Assembly (NCBI GenBank): GCA_951406725.2 | Contig: OX597842.1 | Span: 620,001 to 684,000 of the forward strand | Source of the DNA: Octopus vulgaris | Taxonomy: Eukaryota | Direction of reading: 5' to 3' | DNA: 64,000 nt | Shown: positions 13,031-25,986 of the stretch, piece after piece | Position numbering within the stretch: the first letter of the stretch is position 1 | Layout of the letters: each line of letters begins with the position of its first letter | Made by a program: the position numbers and the translations under genes | Notes under the pieces: generated by a model | Told to the model about the DNA's origin: nothing | Databases searched by the model: none | Seen by the model: the letters and a program-made list of their open reading frames with translations, nothing else

Positions 13031-13765
13031 TATTACCTCTGCCTTCGCTAAGGCAGAGGTATTCTTTTCAGTCGCATTTGTTTGTCTCTCTGTGGACAGG
13101 ATATCTCAAGAACTGAAGGATGGATTCAGATGAAACTTTCAGGGAAATTTGGCCTCAAGACTGGCACGAATTAATTAGATTTTGGGATCAATCAGATATT
13201 GGGCAAGGATTCTGCATTATTTTTGTTTCCGATTTTACTTACTTTTGAGAGCAGTCAGGTTCATTTTTAGTATTCTCTTTTGTGAGAGCAGTTGAGTTTA
13301 TTTCAGATATTCTCATTTCAAAAATCATCTCTGGCTAATCATTGAGAGGACGTTGGTGTTGCCTTGGCAGAGGTTTGCACCCTTCAAGTGCTCTTGTTAT
13401 ATATTATTATTACCTCCGCCTTAGTGAAGGCAGAGGTATTGTTTTCAGCTGTGTTTGTTGGTCTGTCCATGGACAAGATATCTCAAGAACCGCTGGATGG
13501 ATTTGGATGAAATTTTTAGGGATGTTTGGGCTCATGACAGGCATAAAGTGATTAGATTTTGGGATTGAGCTGTTACCAAAGGATAATTTCCTATATTTTT
13601 TACTTAATTTTTGAGAGTAGTGACATTCAGTTTTAGTATTCTCGTTTGTGAGAGCAATCAAGTTTATTTCAGATATTCTCATTTTAAAAATCATCTCTGG
13701 TTAATCATTGAGGGGGGCTTTAGTGTTGCCTTGGTGGAGGTTTGCACTCTCTGAGTGTTCTTGTT
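13031..13765 (+). mobile_element. Tandem dimer of Helentron-associated (HINE/DINE-1-like) non-autonomous elements
   Basis: Two ~360-bp units. Each starts tattacctc(c/t)gccttN...aaggcagaggt and ends with subterminal inverted ggc/tggaggt plus a short gcac...gtg hairpin in T-rich context. Confidence 0.65.
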
Positions 13766-14192
13766 TTATTATTTTACTTTTGATTTATAGCCTTACTGTT
13801 TTATTCTTTTACAGTCATTTGATTGCGACCATGCTGGAGCACTGCCTCGAAGGGTTTTAGTTAAACAAATCGATTATTTCTTAAGCCTAGTACTTATTTT
13901 ATCAGTGGCTTTTGCTGAACCACTAATTTACAGGGGCATAAACACAGCAACATGGTTGTCAAGTGATGATGGGGGGGGGGACAAACAAAGACACAAATAC
14001 ACACATGAAGATATATACATATATATATAAACAAGAAGCCTTTTTCAGTTTCCATCTACCAAATCCCCCCACAAGGCCTTGATTGGCCCAAGGCGAGAGT
14101 AGAATACACTTGTCCAAGATGCCATGCAGTGGGACTGAAACCTAGAACCATGTGGTTGAGAAGCAAGCTTCTTACCACACAGACATGCTTAT

Positions 14193-14244
<52 letters not shown>

Positions 14245-14912
14245 CAGGCTTCTTTTCAGTTTCCAGCAAACATTAGCCTGAGGTGTCAATCAGTGGAACT
14301 GAACCTGGGACCATGTGGTTGGGTAGCAAACTTCTTATTTTTTTACTAACCCCAAGGGGCTAAACAAGGACAGACAAAGGGACTAAGTCGATTAGATCGA
14401 CCCCAGTGCATAACTGGTACTTAATTTATCTTTTGCCGAACCGTTAAGTAACGGGAACATAAACACACCAGCATTGGTTGTCAAGCAATGCTAGGGGGAC
14501 AAACACAAACACACAAACATATATATATATATATACATATATATACGACGGGCTTCTTTCAGTTTCCGTCTACCAAATCCACTTACAAGGCTTTGGTTGG
14601 CTCGAGGCTATACTAGAAGACACTTGCCCAAGGTCCCACGCAGTGGGACTGAACCCGGAACCATGTGGTTCTTAAGCAAGCTACTTACCACACAGTCACT
14701 CCTAGGGAGACAAACACGAAAGGATGAAAGGCAAAGTCGACTTCGGCCAAAGTAGAACTCAGAACGTAACGGCAGACGAAATACCCCTAAGCATTTCGCC
14801 TGGTGTACTAACAATTCTGCCAGCTCGCCGCGGGAAGGAAACTTCTTACAACACAACCATGCCTGTGGTTTATATATATTTGTATGAGTGTATGTTTTTG
14901 TGTGTCTATCTA

Positions 14913-14947
<35 letters not shown>

Positions 14948-14950
<3 letters not shown>

Positions 14951-15164
14951 CGAGCTGGCAGAAACGTTAGCGCGCCGGGCGAAATGCATAGCCGTATTTC
15001 GTCTGTCGTTACGCTGTGAGTTCAAATTCCACCGAGGTTGACTTTGCCTTTCATCCTCTCGGGGTCGATAAATAAAGTACCAGTTATGCACTGGGTCGAT
15101 GTAATCGACTCAATCCCTTTGTCTGTCCTTGTTTGTCCCCTCTATGTTTAGCCCCTTGTGGGCA

Positions 15165-15170
<6 letters not shown>
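14948..15170 (+). mobile_element. SINE family 2, complete copy
   Basis: ggcgagctggcagaaacgttagc...gagttcaaattcc (B box)...gcctttcatcctctcggggtcgataaataaagtaccag...gcaataaa. The central domain resembles the Meta/MESC-type SINE core (from memory, unverified). Confidence 0.8.
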
Positions 15171-15220
<50 letters not shown>

Positions 15221-15384
15221 TCACAGACACACACACATGAATATGCATGCACGCACACAGGCATAGGCACATGTATATGTACATATTATGCAAGACTATC
15301 TCCCTTTCTCTCTCTCTCTCTCTTTCAATCAATCTATCAAGCGATCACTGAGTGAGGGAATGAATCACTCAATAAATCGAAATG

Positions 15385-15475
15385 GATGGATGGGCAGATA
15401 TACAGACAGGCAGATAGATGAATAGACAAATAGACAAATAGATAGCTAGATACATAGGCAGACAGGTAGATAGAT

Positions 15476-15512
<37 letters not shown>

Positions 15513-15606
15513 TAGGTAGATAGATAGATAGACGGATATAGATAGATAGATAGATAGATAGATAGATGGATAGGTAGATAGATAGATAGATAGATAGACG
15601 GATAGG

Positions 15607-15650
<44 letters not shown>

Positions 15651-15670
15651 CAGGCAAATAGATAAATAGG

Positions 15671-15731
<61 letters not shown>

Positions 15732-15840
15732 GAATAGACCAGTAGATAAATGGATAGCTAGAAAGACAGACAGACACAAATAGTTAAATAGCTAGATAGA
15801 TAGGCAGACAGGTAAATAAGAAAATATTTAGACAGATAGT
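15385..15840. repeat. (GATA)n-type tetranucleotide microsatellite
   Basis: Seen directly; complementary (CTAT)n tract at ~40200-40700. Confidence 0.95.
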
Positions 15841-16391
15841 TACCTATGAAGTTCTCTTTCTCTCTCTCTCCATGTATATATAAAAAAACAAATGTGTGTT
15901 TATATACACATGGTTGTTATATACATATACACATATAATATGCGTGTATTTATTTACCTATATGTATTTGCATGTATAAGAGACATACATGCATGATTGC
16001 ACACATATACACACACACATATAAACACAGATTTACATATTATTTTCTTCTTTTATTCTTTTACTTGTTTCAGTCATTTGACTGTGGCCATGCTGGAGTA
16101 CCGCCTTTACTCGAGCAAATCAATCCCAGGACTTATTCTTTGTAAGCCTAGTACACACCAGCATCAGATGTCAAGTGATATTGGGAGGACAAACACACAC
16201 ACACACACACAAACATACATATATATATAAACGAAAGGCTTCTTTCAGTTTCTGTCTACCAAATTCACTCACAAGGCTTTGGTCAGCCTGAGGCTATAGT
16301 AGAAGACATTTGCCTAAGGAACCTGGAACCATGTGGTTGGTAAGCAAGCTTCTTACCACACAGCCATACATACGCCTATACACAAATGCTT

Positions 16392-16422
<31 letters not shown>

Positions 16423-16425
<3 letters not shown>

Positions 16426-16570
16426 CGGGAAGGTTTACGAAAATAAACAAAAGACGAAGGCAGGTGGAATACAAACAAACAAATATATTAGTATAGCACT
16501 CAGGAATAGAAATAGAAAAAGTATTTTACGTTTCGAGCCTACGCTCTTCGACAGAAAGATACACAGAAAA
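16423..16570 (-). mobile_element. Hammerhead-like TA-embedded element, family B
   Basis: Minus strand tttCTGTCGA-AGAGC-GTAG-GCTC-GAAA-CG-TA-aaa. Copies at 23868-24450, 29400-29545, 40710-40890 and 54127-54332. Confidence 0.7.
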
Positions 16571-16598
16571 ATATATATATATGTATGTATGTATACAT

Positions 16599-17010
16599 AG
16601 GCGCAGGAGTGGCTGTGTGGTAAGTGGCTTATTTACAAACCACATGGTTCCGGATTCAGTCCCACTGCGTGGCACCTTGGGCAAGTGTTTTCTACTATAG
16701 CCTCGGGCCAACCAATGCCTTGTGAGTGGATTTGGTAGATGGAAACTGAAAGAAGCCTGTCGTATATATATATATATATATGCGTGTGTGTGTTTGTGTG
16801 TCTGTGTTTGTCCCCCTAGCATTGCTTGACAACCAATGCTGGTGTGTTTATGTTCCCGTTACTTAGCGGTTTGGCAAAAGAGATCGATAGAATAAGTACT
16901 AGGCTTACAAAAGAATAAGTCCCAGGGTCGAGTTGCTCGATTAAAGGCGGTGCTCCAGCATGGCAGCAGTCAAATGACTGAAAGGAGTAAAAGAGTAAAA
17001 AAGAGAGAGT
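16599..17010 (+). mobile_element. SINE family 1 (dominant tRNA-derived SINE, ~400 bp with internal TA/TG tract)
   Basis: aggcgcaggagtggctgtgtggtaag (A box)...ttcagtccc (B box)...gcagtcaaatgactgaaa-(gagtaaaa)n tail. About 30 full or partial copies in the window. Confidence 0.9.
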
Positions 17011-19055
17011 ATACATAAAATTTATTTGTCAGTCCATGAATATGCACAGTCATATAGACAAACACACACACACACACACACTCACATTAATTTTTTTGTT
17101 GCACCAGAAATACATGCACAGAACGAGTGAGAGAGATACACACACACACATATATATATACACACACATACATTAATGTGTTTGTTAAACCACATATACA
17201 CATACACACAGCCACATACACACATATATAAATACATGGATATATTTATACGTAAACATATTTGCTAAACCATAAATACATATCCCAAAATATAGACACA
17301 AACATGGATGGATATTTATATATAAGTGTGTGTGTGTGTGTGTGTGTATAAATAGATAGATACATACATTCATAAATATATTTATTAAACTGTAAATACA
17401 TAAAATCATATGTACAGAAAGACTCATATACTCATAAATATATATAAATATATATATACACACAGACATATTTATACACACTCACGCATGCACACACACA
17501 CAGACATATATATATACACACATATATACATATACACACGCACACATATATATATATACATATATATCCACACACACATATATACACATTTATACATATA
17601 TACATACATATATATATATATACACACACACATATCTATACATACATATGTATGTATGTACACATGTATTTGTGTGTCTTTATACATATACATCGGTACA
17701 TACAGATATATTTATTTATAGATATACACATACCTATATACATCTATATCCATATACATCCACATAGTCATACATATACCTACACACACATATACACACA
17801 TGTACACATATATAGATAGATATTTTTACTATACCAAAAATATGTCTCTAAAAAATGGTTATAATTTAATTTACACTATTACCAATTCCATTTCATTCCA
17901 ATTCCCTGGATGTGTGTTTTTGCTTTTCCTTAGAATCATAGAAGCTAACTTCTTTGCACTCTAAGAATGGTTCTTTCAATTATATCCACCATATTCTTGC
18001 TTGTTTGATTTCTTTCGTGCATTTTTTTTTCCGTAATTCTTTTTATATTTCCATCTTCAAACTCACTTAAACTGACATAATTTCTTTTCTAACAACACTC
18101 GATCACCTTTAATAGACAAAGAATTTTCTTCTTGGAGAATATAAAGAGTTTATCATTTGGTATTCACACACATCTTATCTCAGCGTTAACAAGATTATTT
18201 CTCGTACACTATTACATTACAACGACATGACATTACGCTAGCAAATTCTTCTCTTCTCAATATTGCATTGATATGTTTTTGTACATTTTAATAGTTTAAT
18301 ATTTCAATAATTGTAAAATGCTCTTGAATATTTTATTGTATTTTAGTTAATTCCAAAATGGATAAATATGTTAATAATGTGATAACTCTGTGTCCTTCAA
18401 ATTTGTATTTTCTCACTAAACTACGTTACCTAATTACTTATCTCTCTGACGATCATTTTTCTGCCACCAACAGAGCTCTCTTCTTAATTTTAATCCATAA
18501 GATTTTAACATCACTATGTATTATTTCGATGTATTGTACAATTTTAATGCTGTTGGCTATAGTAGCTAATCTTTAGCCTCAAGTCAAGCCTCACCCAGTA
18601 GATCTATGATCAAAGATGTTTCAGACCATTGCACCTATTTCTTTACTGCCCACAAGGGGCTAAACACAGAGAGGACAAACAAGGACAAACGGATTAAGTC
18701 AATTATATCGACCCCAGTGTGCAACTGGTACTTATTTAATCGACCCCGAAAGGATGAAAGTCAAAGTCGACCTCAGCGGAATTTGAACTCAGAACGTAGC
18801 AGCAGACGAAATATGGTTAAGCATTTCGTCTGGCATGCTAACGTTTCTGCCATCTCTTCAGACAGTATGTATCTGAGACTACATTATTTAATATTTAGTA
18901 CTAGAGTACTTCTTGTATGCTATCACATAAAATAACATGTTTGTAAATTTTTCTTGGCTGAATATTCGATTGATATGCTTACAAATATTTAGATAATTGT
19001 GAAATACACTTGAATATTTTATCGCATTTTATTTTATTCCAAAATGCATAAATAT

Positions 19056-19452
19056 ACTCTTTTACTTGTTTCAGTCATTTGACTGCGGCCATGCTGGAGC
19101 ACCGCCTTTAGTCGAGCAAATCAACCCCGGGACTTATTCTTTGTAAGCCCAGTACTTATTCTATCGGTCTCTTTTGCCGAACCGCTAAGCGACGGGGACG
19201 TAAACACACCAGCATCAGCTGTCAAGCAATGCTAGCGGGACAAACACAGACACACAAACACACACATATATATACATATACATATATACGACAGGCTTCT
19301 TTCAGTTTCCGTCTACCAAATCCACTCACAAGGCATTGGTCGGCCCGGGGCTATAGCAGAAGACACTTGCCCAAGATGCCACGCAGTGGGACTGAACCCG
19401 GAACCATGTGGTTGGTTAGCAAGCTACTTACCACACAGCCACTCCTGCGCCT
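19056..19452 (-). mobile_element. SINE family 1, complete young copy
   Basis: Reverse complement of the family 1 consensus with CpGs retained. Confidence 0.9.
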
Positions 19453-19828
19453 ATATGTTAATAATGTGATAACTCTGTGTCCTTCCAATTTGTATTTTCT
19501 CACTAAACTATGTTACCTGATTACTTATCTCTCTGACGATCATTTTTCTGCCACCAACAGAGCTCTCTTCTTAATTTTAAGCCATAAGATTTTAACATCA
19601 CTATATATTATTTTGATGTATTGTACAATTTTTAATGCTGTTGGCTATAGTAGCTGTTCTTTAACCTCAAGTCACTCCTAACCCAGCAGACCTATGATCA
19701 AAGATGTTTCAATTCAGACCATGATACCATCTCTTCAGACATTATGTATCTGAGACTATGTTATTTAATATCTAGTACAAGAGTATTTCTTGTATGCTAT
19801 TACATTACATTTCTTGTATGCTATTACA

Positions 19829-20130
19829 TGTGGAGACGCAATGGCCCAGTGGTTAAGGCAGCGGACTCACGGTCGTAGGATCGCAGTTTCGATTCCCAGA
19901 CCGGGCGTTGTGAGTGTTTATTGAGCGAAAACACCTAAAGCTCCACGAGGCTCCGACAGGGGGTGGCGGCGACCCCTGCTATACTCTTTCACCGCAAATT
20001 TCTCTCACTCTTTCTTCTGTTGGCCTGCTCGCTTAGCCAGCGGGGTGGCGTCATCTGAAGGTTAAAAAATGTTAAGCGCATTGTGACCAGCGATGTGTAA
20101 CAACATCTGATAGCCTGGTCGGTCATGTGA
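19829..20130 (+). mobile_element. SINE family 3
   Basis: tgtggagacgcaatggcccagtggttaagg...gtttcgattccc with A/B boxes. Relatives at ~25130-25430, 34130-34420, 36870-37195 and 38395-38646 (all minus). Confidence 0.8.
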
Positions 20131-20293
20131 TTACATTACATAACCTGTTTGCAAATTTTTCTTGGCTGAATATTCCATTGATATGCTTACAAATATTTAG
20201 ATAATTGTGAAATACACTTGAATATTTTATAGTATTATATTATATTCCAAAAAGCATAAATATATTAATAACTTGATAACTCTCAGTCCTTTA

Positions 20294-20872
20294 TACTCTT
20301 TTACTTGTTTCAGTCATGTGACTGTGGCCATGCTGGAGCACCGCCTTTAGTCGATCAAATTGACCCTAGGACTTATTCTTTGTAAGCCTAGTACTTATTC
20401 TATCGATCTCTTTTGCCGAACCGATAAGTTACGGGGATGTAAACACACCAGCATCGGTTGTCAAGCGATGTTGGGGGCGGGGGAGACAAACACAGACACA
20501 CAAACATACATATTGTTGTCGTGTTATTGTGACCTCCTTCAGTCATGCACCTATAAAGTTACCCTCCGAGACACAAGTCTGGGCAAGGTTGTTTATGGAA
20601 GACCAGCAGTCGCCCATGAATACGAACCTACCCTCTCCACACCACCCAACAAGTAATGTTGGGGGGGACAGACACAGACGCACAAACATATATATACACA
20701 CACACATACATACATATATATATACATATATACGATGGGCTTCTTTCAGTTTCTGTCTACCAAATCCACTCTATAGTAGCAGACACTTGCCCAAGGTGCC
20801 ACACAGTGGGACTGAACCCGGAAGTATGTGGTTCGTAAGCAAGCTACTTACCACACAGCCACTCCTATGCCT
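20294..20872 (-). mobile_element. SINE family 1 with an internal insertion and partial duplication
   Basis: Family 1 halves separated by ~20515-20650, which matches part of 36880-37005. Confidence 0.8.
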
Positions 20873-21277
20873 ATATACTCGTATTTTCTCACTAAACTAC
20901 CTAATCTGATCCCCTATCCTCTTACACAGTCATTTTCCTGCCACCAACAGAGCTCTCTTGATCTTAATTTCAAGCACTAAGATTTAATGCTACTCTACAC
21001 AATGTTTGATGTATTTTACATTCGTTAATGTTATTAACAATAGTTGTTGCTCTTTAATCTTAGGTCACTCTTGATCCAACAGACCAATGATCAAAGATGT
21101 TCCTGCTGTGACCTTCCCATCTTATATTCAGACATGGTGTATCTAGGACTACATGATCTAATGTATAATATAATAGTTGGTATTTGTGACTATAGCCATT
21201 ATTGCTGGTTTTAGCTGAAAGTCAATCCGGATTCAGACAGACCTGTGATCAAAGATGCGACCATCCCAGCGGACATA

Positions 21278-21668
21278 GGTGCTGGAGTGGCTGTGTGGTA
21301 AGTAGTTTGCTTACCAACCACATGGTCCTGGGTTCAGTCCCACTGTGTGGCACCTTGGGCAAGTGTCTTCTGCTATAGCCTCGGGCTTACCAAAGCCTTG
21401 TGAGTGGATTTGGTAGATGAAAACTGAAAGAAGCCCATCATTATATATATATATGTGCATATTTTTGTGTGTCTGCGTTTGTCACCTACCTTCACTTCAC
21501 AACCAATGTTGGTATGTTTACATCCCTGTAACTTAGCGGTTCGGCAAAAGTGGCCAATAGAATAAGTACCAGGCTTACAAAGAATAAGTCCTGGGTTCGA
21601 TTTGTTCGACTAAAGGTGGTGCTCCAGCATGGCCACAGTCAAATGACTGAAACAAATAAAAGAAAGAA
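21278..21668 (+). mobile_element. SINE family 1
   Basis: Matches the family 1 consensus. Confidence 0.85.
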
Positions 21669-21684
21669 TTAAAAAATGCTGTAG

Positions 21685-22315
21685 CTGGGGCTACATTATC
21701 TAATGTGTAGCACAGTATTTAGAGGTTATAGGTGTTGTTGTTGTTTAACCCCAGGTCAGTCCTGATCCAGCAGAGGTATAATCAAGGTTGCTCCAGCTTT
21801 GACCACCCCTCCTTCTATTCATTATCTGATGTATAGTATAGCAAGAATTACTGGCTATAGTTGCTGTCATTGTTTTTAGCTGAACCACACATAAACCTAT
21901 GATCAAATCTGTTCCAGATGTGACCATCCATCCCATCTTTTATTCACACAGTCTATCTAGGAATACATTAGCCAAAATATAGCATAGCAGTTAGTATTGT
22001 TGTTGTTGTTGTTTAGCCACAGGTCAGTCCCAATCTAGCAGGCTTATGATCAAATATGTTCCATATGTGACCATCCAACCTTTTATTCAGACATAGTGTA
22101 TCTAGGACTACATGATCTAATGTATAGTAGTGTTGTGAGGATTAATGGCTATAGTTGCTGTTGTTTAGCCCCAGGTCAGTCCTGATCAAGTAGACGGATG
22201 ATCAAAGATGTTCCAGCTGTGACCATCCCATCTTTTATACAGACATAGTGTATCTAGGACTACATTACATAATGTATACTACAATAGTTAGTATTAGCAG
22301 CTGTAGCTGTTCTTT
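21685..22315. repeat. Tandem array of ~140-150-bp units (ttagccccaggtcagtcctgatc...tatctaggactacatt)
   Basis: About 4 units. The same unit forms arrays at 27735-28435, 45590-46280 and 46855-47775. Confidence 0.9.
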
Positions 22316-22323
22316 ACACTGCA

Positions 22324-22485
22324 GGGACAGGAGTGGCTGTGTGGTAAGTAGCTTGCTTACGAACCACATGGTCCTGGGTTCAGTCCCACTGTGTGGTACC
22401 TTGGGCAAGTGTCTTCTACTATAGCCTCTGGCGGACCAATGCCTTATGAGTGGATTTGGTAGCTGGAAACTGAAAGAAGCCCATC

Positions 22486-22547
<62 letters not shown>

Positions 22548-22764
22548 GTGTGTGTATATGTTTGTGTGTCTGTGTCTGTCCCCCCAACATCGCTGGACAA
22601 CCGATGCTGGTGTATTTACGTCCCTGTAACTTAGCAGTTCAGCAAAAGAGACCGATAACATAAGTACAAGGCTTACAAAGAATAAGTCCTGTGGTCAATT
22701 TGCTCGACTAAAGGTGGTGCTCCAGCATGGCCAGAGTCAAATGACTGAAACAAGTAAAAGAGAG
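22324..22764 (+). mobile_element. SINE family 1
   Basis: Matches the family 1 consensus. Confidence 0.85.
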
Positions 22765-23171
22765 TATATATATGTAGAAGGTTGACTAAGATGGAATATT
22801 TTTTCCTTTTGGCAAATATTTCCAGCAAGCAGACATGTGAAAAATCCATAATTTGTAAGTAACGGAATTTTCAGAATTCTTTCACACAAATCTAGACATG
22901 ATTTAATTTCCATTTCACGGACACCATATTTCACTACAAATCTTGTCAAATATAGAAACATTTCCGGAGTTTTCTATTTAAGATATGGACAAACAATAAC
23001 TGATTTGTAAAGAGGAAAAAAAGGAAATATAAGTGAAACCATAGGCACATGGTTAACAAACTCGTTTTGCTATCAGCTGGTTATAGGTTCAACTCCAGTC
23101 TGTGGCACCTCGGGCAAGTATTTTGTCAGTGTATTTGGTAGATAAAAACTGAAATTGTGTGGACCCTATTA

Positions 23172-23591
23172 TATTCTTTTATTCTCTTATCTGTTTCACT
23201 CATTTGATTGTGGCCATGCTGGAGCATCACTGCAAAGGTTTTTTTTTTTTTGTTGAAGAAATTGAACCCAGGACTTATTCTTTGTAAGCCTAGTACTTAT
23301 TCTATCGGTCTATTTTGCTGAACCGCTAAGTGACGGGGACGTAAACACACCAGCATTGGTTGTCAAGCAATGCTAGGGGAACAAACACAGACACACAAAC
23401 ACGTACACACACATATATACACATATACGACAGGCTTCTTTCAGTTTCCGTCTACCAAATCCACTCACAAGGCATTGGTCAGCCCGGGGCTATAGCAGAA
23501 GACACTTGCCCAAGATGCCATGCAGTGGGACTGAACCCGGAACCATGTGGTTGGTTAGCAAGCTACTTACCACACAGCCACTCCTGCGCCT
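23172..23591 (-). mobile_element. SINE family 1
   Basis: Matches the family 1 consensus. Confidence 0.85.
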
Positions 23592-23646
23592 ATATATATA
23601 TATATAAATATAGATACACTTGTATATCTATAAATATATAAATAAG

Positions 23647-23704
<58 letters not shown>

Positions 23705-23867
23705 TGTAGGAGTGGCTGAGTGGTAAGATGCTTGCTTCCCAACCACATAGTTCTGGCTTCAGTCCCAATCCATGGCACCTTGGGCCCGACCAAAGCTTTG
23801 TGAGGGGATTTAGTAGATGGAAACTAAAAGAAGCCTGTTGTACATACATACATATATACATATATAT

Positions 23868-24450
23868 AATGGGAAGGTTTATGAAAATAAACAAAAGACA
23901 AAAACAGGTGGAGTACAAACAAACTAATGTATTAGTATGGCGCTCAGGAATAGAAATAAAACAAGTCTTTTATGTTTCGAGCCTACGCTCTTCGACAGAA
24001 AGATACACAGAAAAAAACAAGGAGAGAAAAAAAATGTGTGTAGGAGCTAACGATCTATCATGGCGTTCTGACTTCGGGCAGAGGTCAGACGCTAGAAGGA
24101 CAGTAGGGGAGATAACAGGGTCAAGTGACTTCCAAAACGAAGGTGTCCCCAACACAAAGGTGCGTGTGTGTATAAGAGAGTATGTATGTGCATGTGAAAG
24201 AAAGCTGGTGGTCTGGACGTGTGTATGTATGTATGTGTGGGTGTGTAGATATGGGGATGGGTGTGTGGGTGGTGTGTTGTGATGTGATATGTGTATGTAT
24301 GTGTAAGTGTAAAGATGTGGGTATGGGTGTGTGGGCGGTGTGTTGTCATGTGATGTGTAATGTTGTATGGTGTAGTGTAGTGTGGTGTGATGTTGTGGAG
24401 AGATGGGGGGGCGAGAGTGGGGAAAGCCCAGGTTGGGTGTGGGTTCGGCT
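23868..24450 (-). mobile_element. Family B hammerhead-like element, longest copy, nested in the TA tract of a SINE (23701-24700)
   Basis: SINE 5' half ends ~23840 and 3' half resumes ~24500; hammerhead-like motif at ~23966-24003. Confidence 0.7.
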
Positions 24451-24723
24451 GATATATATGTATGTATGTATGTATGCATGTATGTATATATGACTATGTA
24501 TCTCTGTTTGTCCCTCACCCCACCATTGCTTGACAACCGATGTTGGTGCATTTACATCCCTGTAACTTAGCAATTTGGCAAAACAGACTGACAAAATAAG
24601 TACTAAGCCTACAAAGAAAAAGTCCTGGGGTCAATTTGTTCGATTAAAGGCTGTGCTCCAGCATGGCCACAGTCAAATAACTGAAACCAGTAAAAGAATA
24701 TATATATAATTTTCTTTTTTTCT

Positions 24724-25123
24724 TCTACTTGTTTCAGTCATTTGACTGTGGCCATGCTGGGGCACTGCCTTTAGTCGAGCAAATCGACCCCAGGACTTAT
24801 TCTTTGTAAGTCCATTACTTATTCTATCGGTCTCTTTTTGCCGAACTGCTAAGTGACGGGGACGTAAACACACAAGCATCGGTTGTCAAGCAATGGTAGG
24901 AGGACAAACACAGACACACAAACATATACACACACACTTATATATATATATACATATATACGACTGGCTTCTTTTAGTTTCCGTCTACCAAATCCACTCA
25001 CAAGGCTTTGGTCGGCCCGAGGCTATAGTAGAAGACACTTGACCAAGATGCCACACAGTGGGACTGAACCCGGAACCATGTGGTTGGTTAGCAAGCTACT
25101 TACCACACAGCCACTCCTACGCC
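24724..25123 (-). mobile_element. SINE family 1
   Basis: Matches the consensus; tail-to-tail with the copy ending ~24700. Confidence 0.85.
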
Positions 25124-25432
25124 TGTATCACATGACCATATGATTCACCAGACTATTGGCTGCTGTTATGGCTTGCTGGTCACAATGCACTTTGTATTGT
25201 TTGGGCTTTTGAATGATGCGACTCCACTGGCCAGGTGAGCAGGCCAATATCCACCCCCACCCTGATAGGAAGGTTAACGCATTTAGTCACCTATTTACAG
25301 GTGAGTGGACTGGAACAAATGTAAAATGAAATGCTTTCCTGAAGAACAAAACACAATGGTTGGTCTGGGAATTGAACCTGACACTGCTAGATCGTGTGTG
25401 CAGCAGACTAGCTACTAAGCCATGTGCCTAAT

Positions 25433-25856
25433 AGGTGTAGGAGTGGCTGTGTGGTAAGTAGCTTGCTTACCAACCACATGGTTCCGGGTTCAGTCCCACT
25501 GCGGGACACCTTGGGCAAGTGTCTTCTACTATAGCCTTGGGCCGACCAAAACCTTGTGAGTGGATTTGGTAGACGGAAACTAAAAGAAGCCTGTCGTATA
25601 TATGTATATATATGTATTATGTATGTGTGTGTGCGTGTCTGTGTGTTTGTGTGTCTGTGTTTGTCCCCATCAACATCGCTTGACAACTGATGCTGGTGTG
25701 TTTACGTCCACGTCACCCAGCAGTTCGGCAAAAGAGACCAATAGAATAAGTACTCGGCTTACAAAGAATAAGTCCTGGGGTCGATTTGATTGACTAAAGG
25801 TGGTGCTCCAGCATGGCCACAGTTACATGACTGAAACAAGTAAAAGAGTAAAAGAC
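25433..25856 (+). mobile_element. SINE family 1
   Basis: Matches the family 1 consensus. Confidence 0.85.
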
Positions 25857-25952
25857 TATATATATATATATAGATATATATATATATATATATATACACA
25901 AATATATATATATATATACACACACACACATATATATAATGAGAGAGAGAGA

Positions 25953-25986
<34 letters not shown>

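Larger units (their letters stand above)
18308..21180 (+). repeat. Old tandem triplication of a ~470-bp unit, each unit interrupted by different SINEs
   Basis: Units start at ~18308, ~18992 and ~20200 (ataattgt.aaat.c.cttgaatatttt) and share tgccaccaacagagctctctt. Confidence 0.85.

Noticed and set aside
19229-19681. Recurrent ORFs such as RQASFSFRLPNPLTR...GTEPGTMWL
   Set aside because: Antisense translations of SINE family 1, repeated in many copies.
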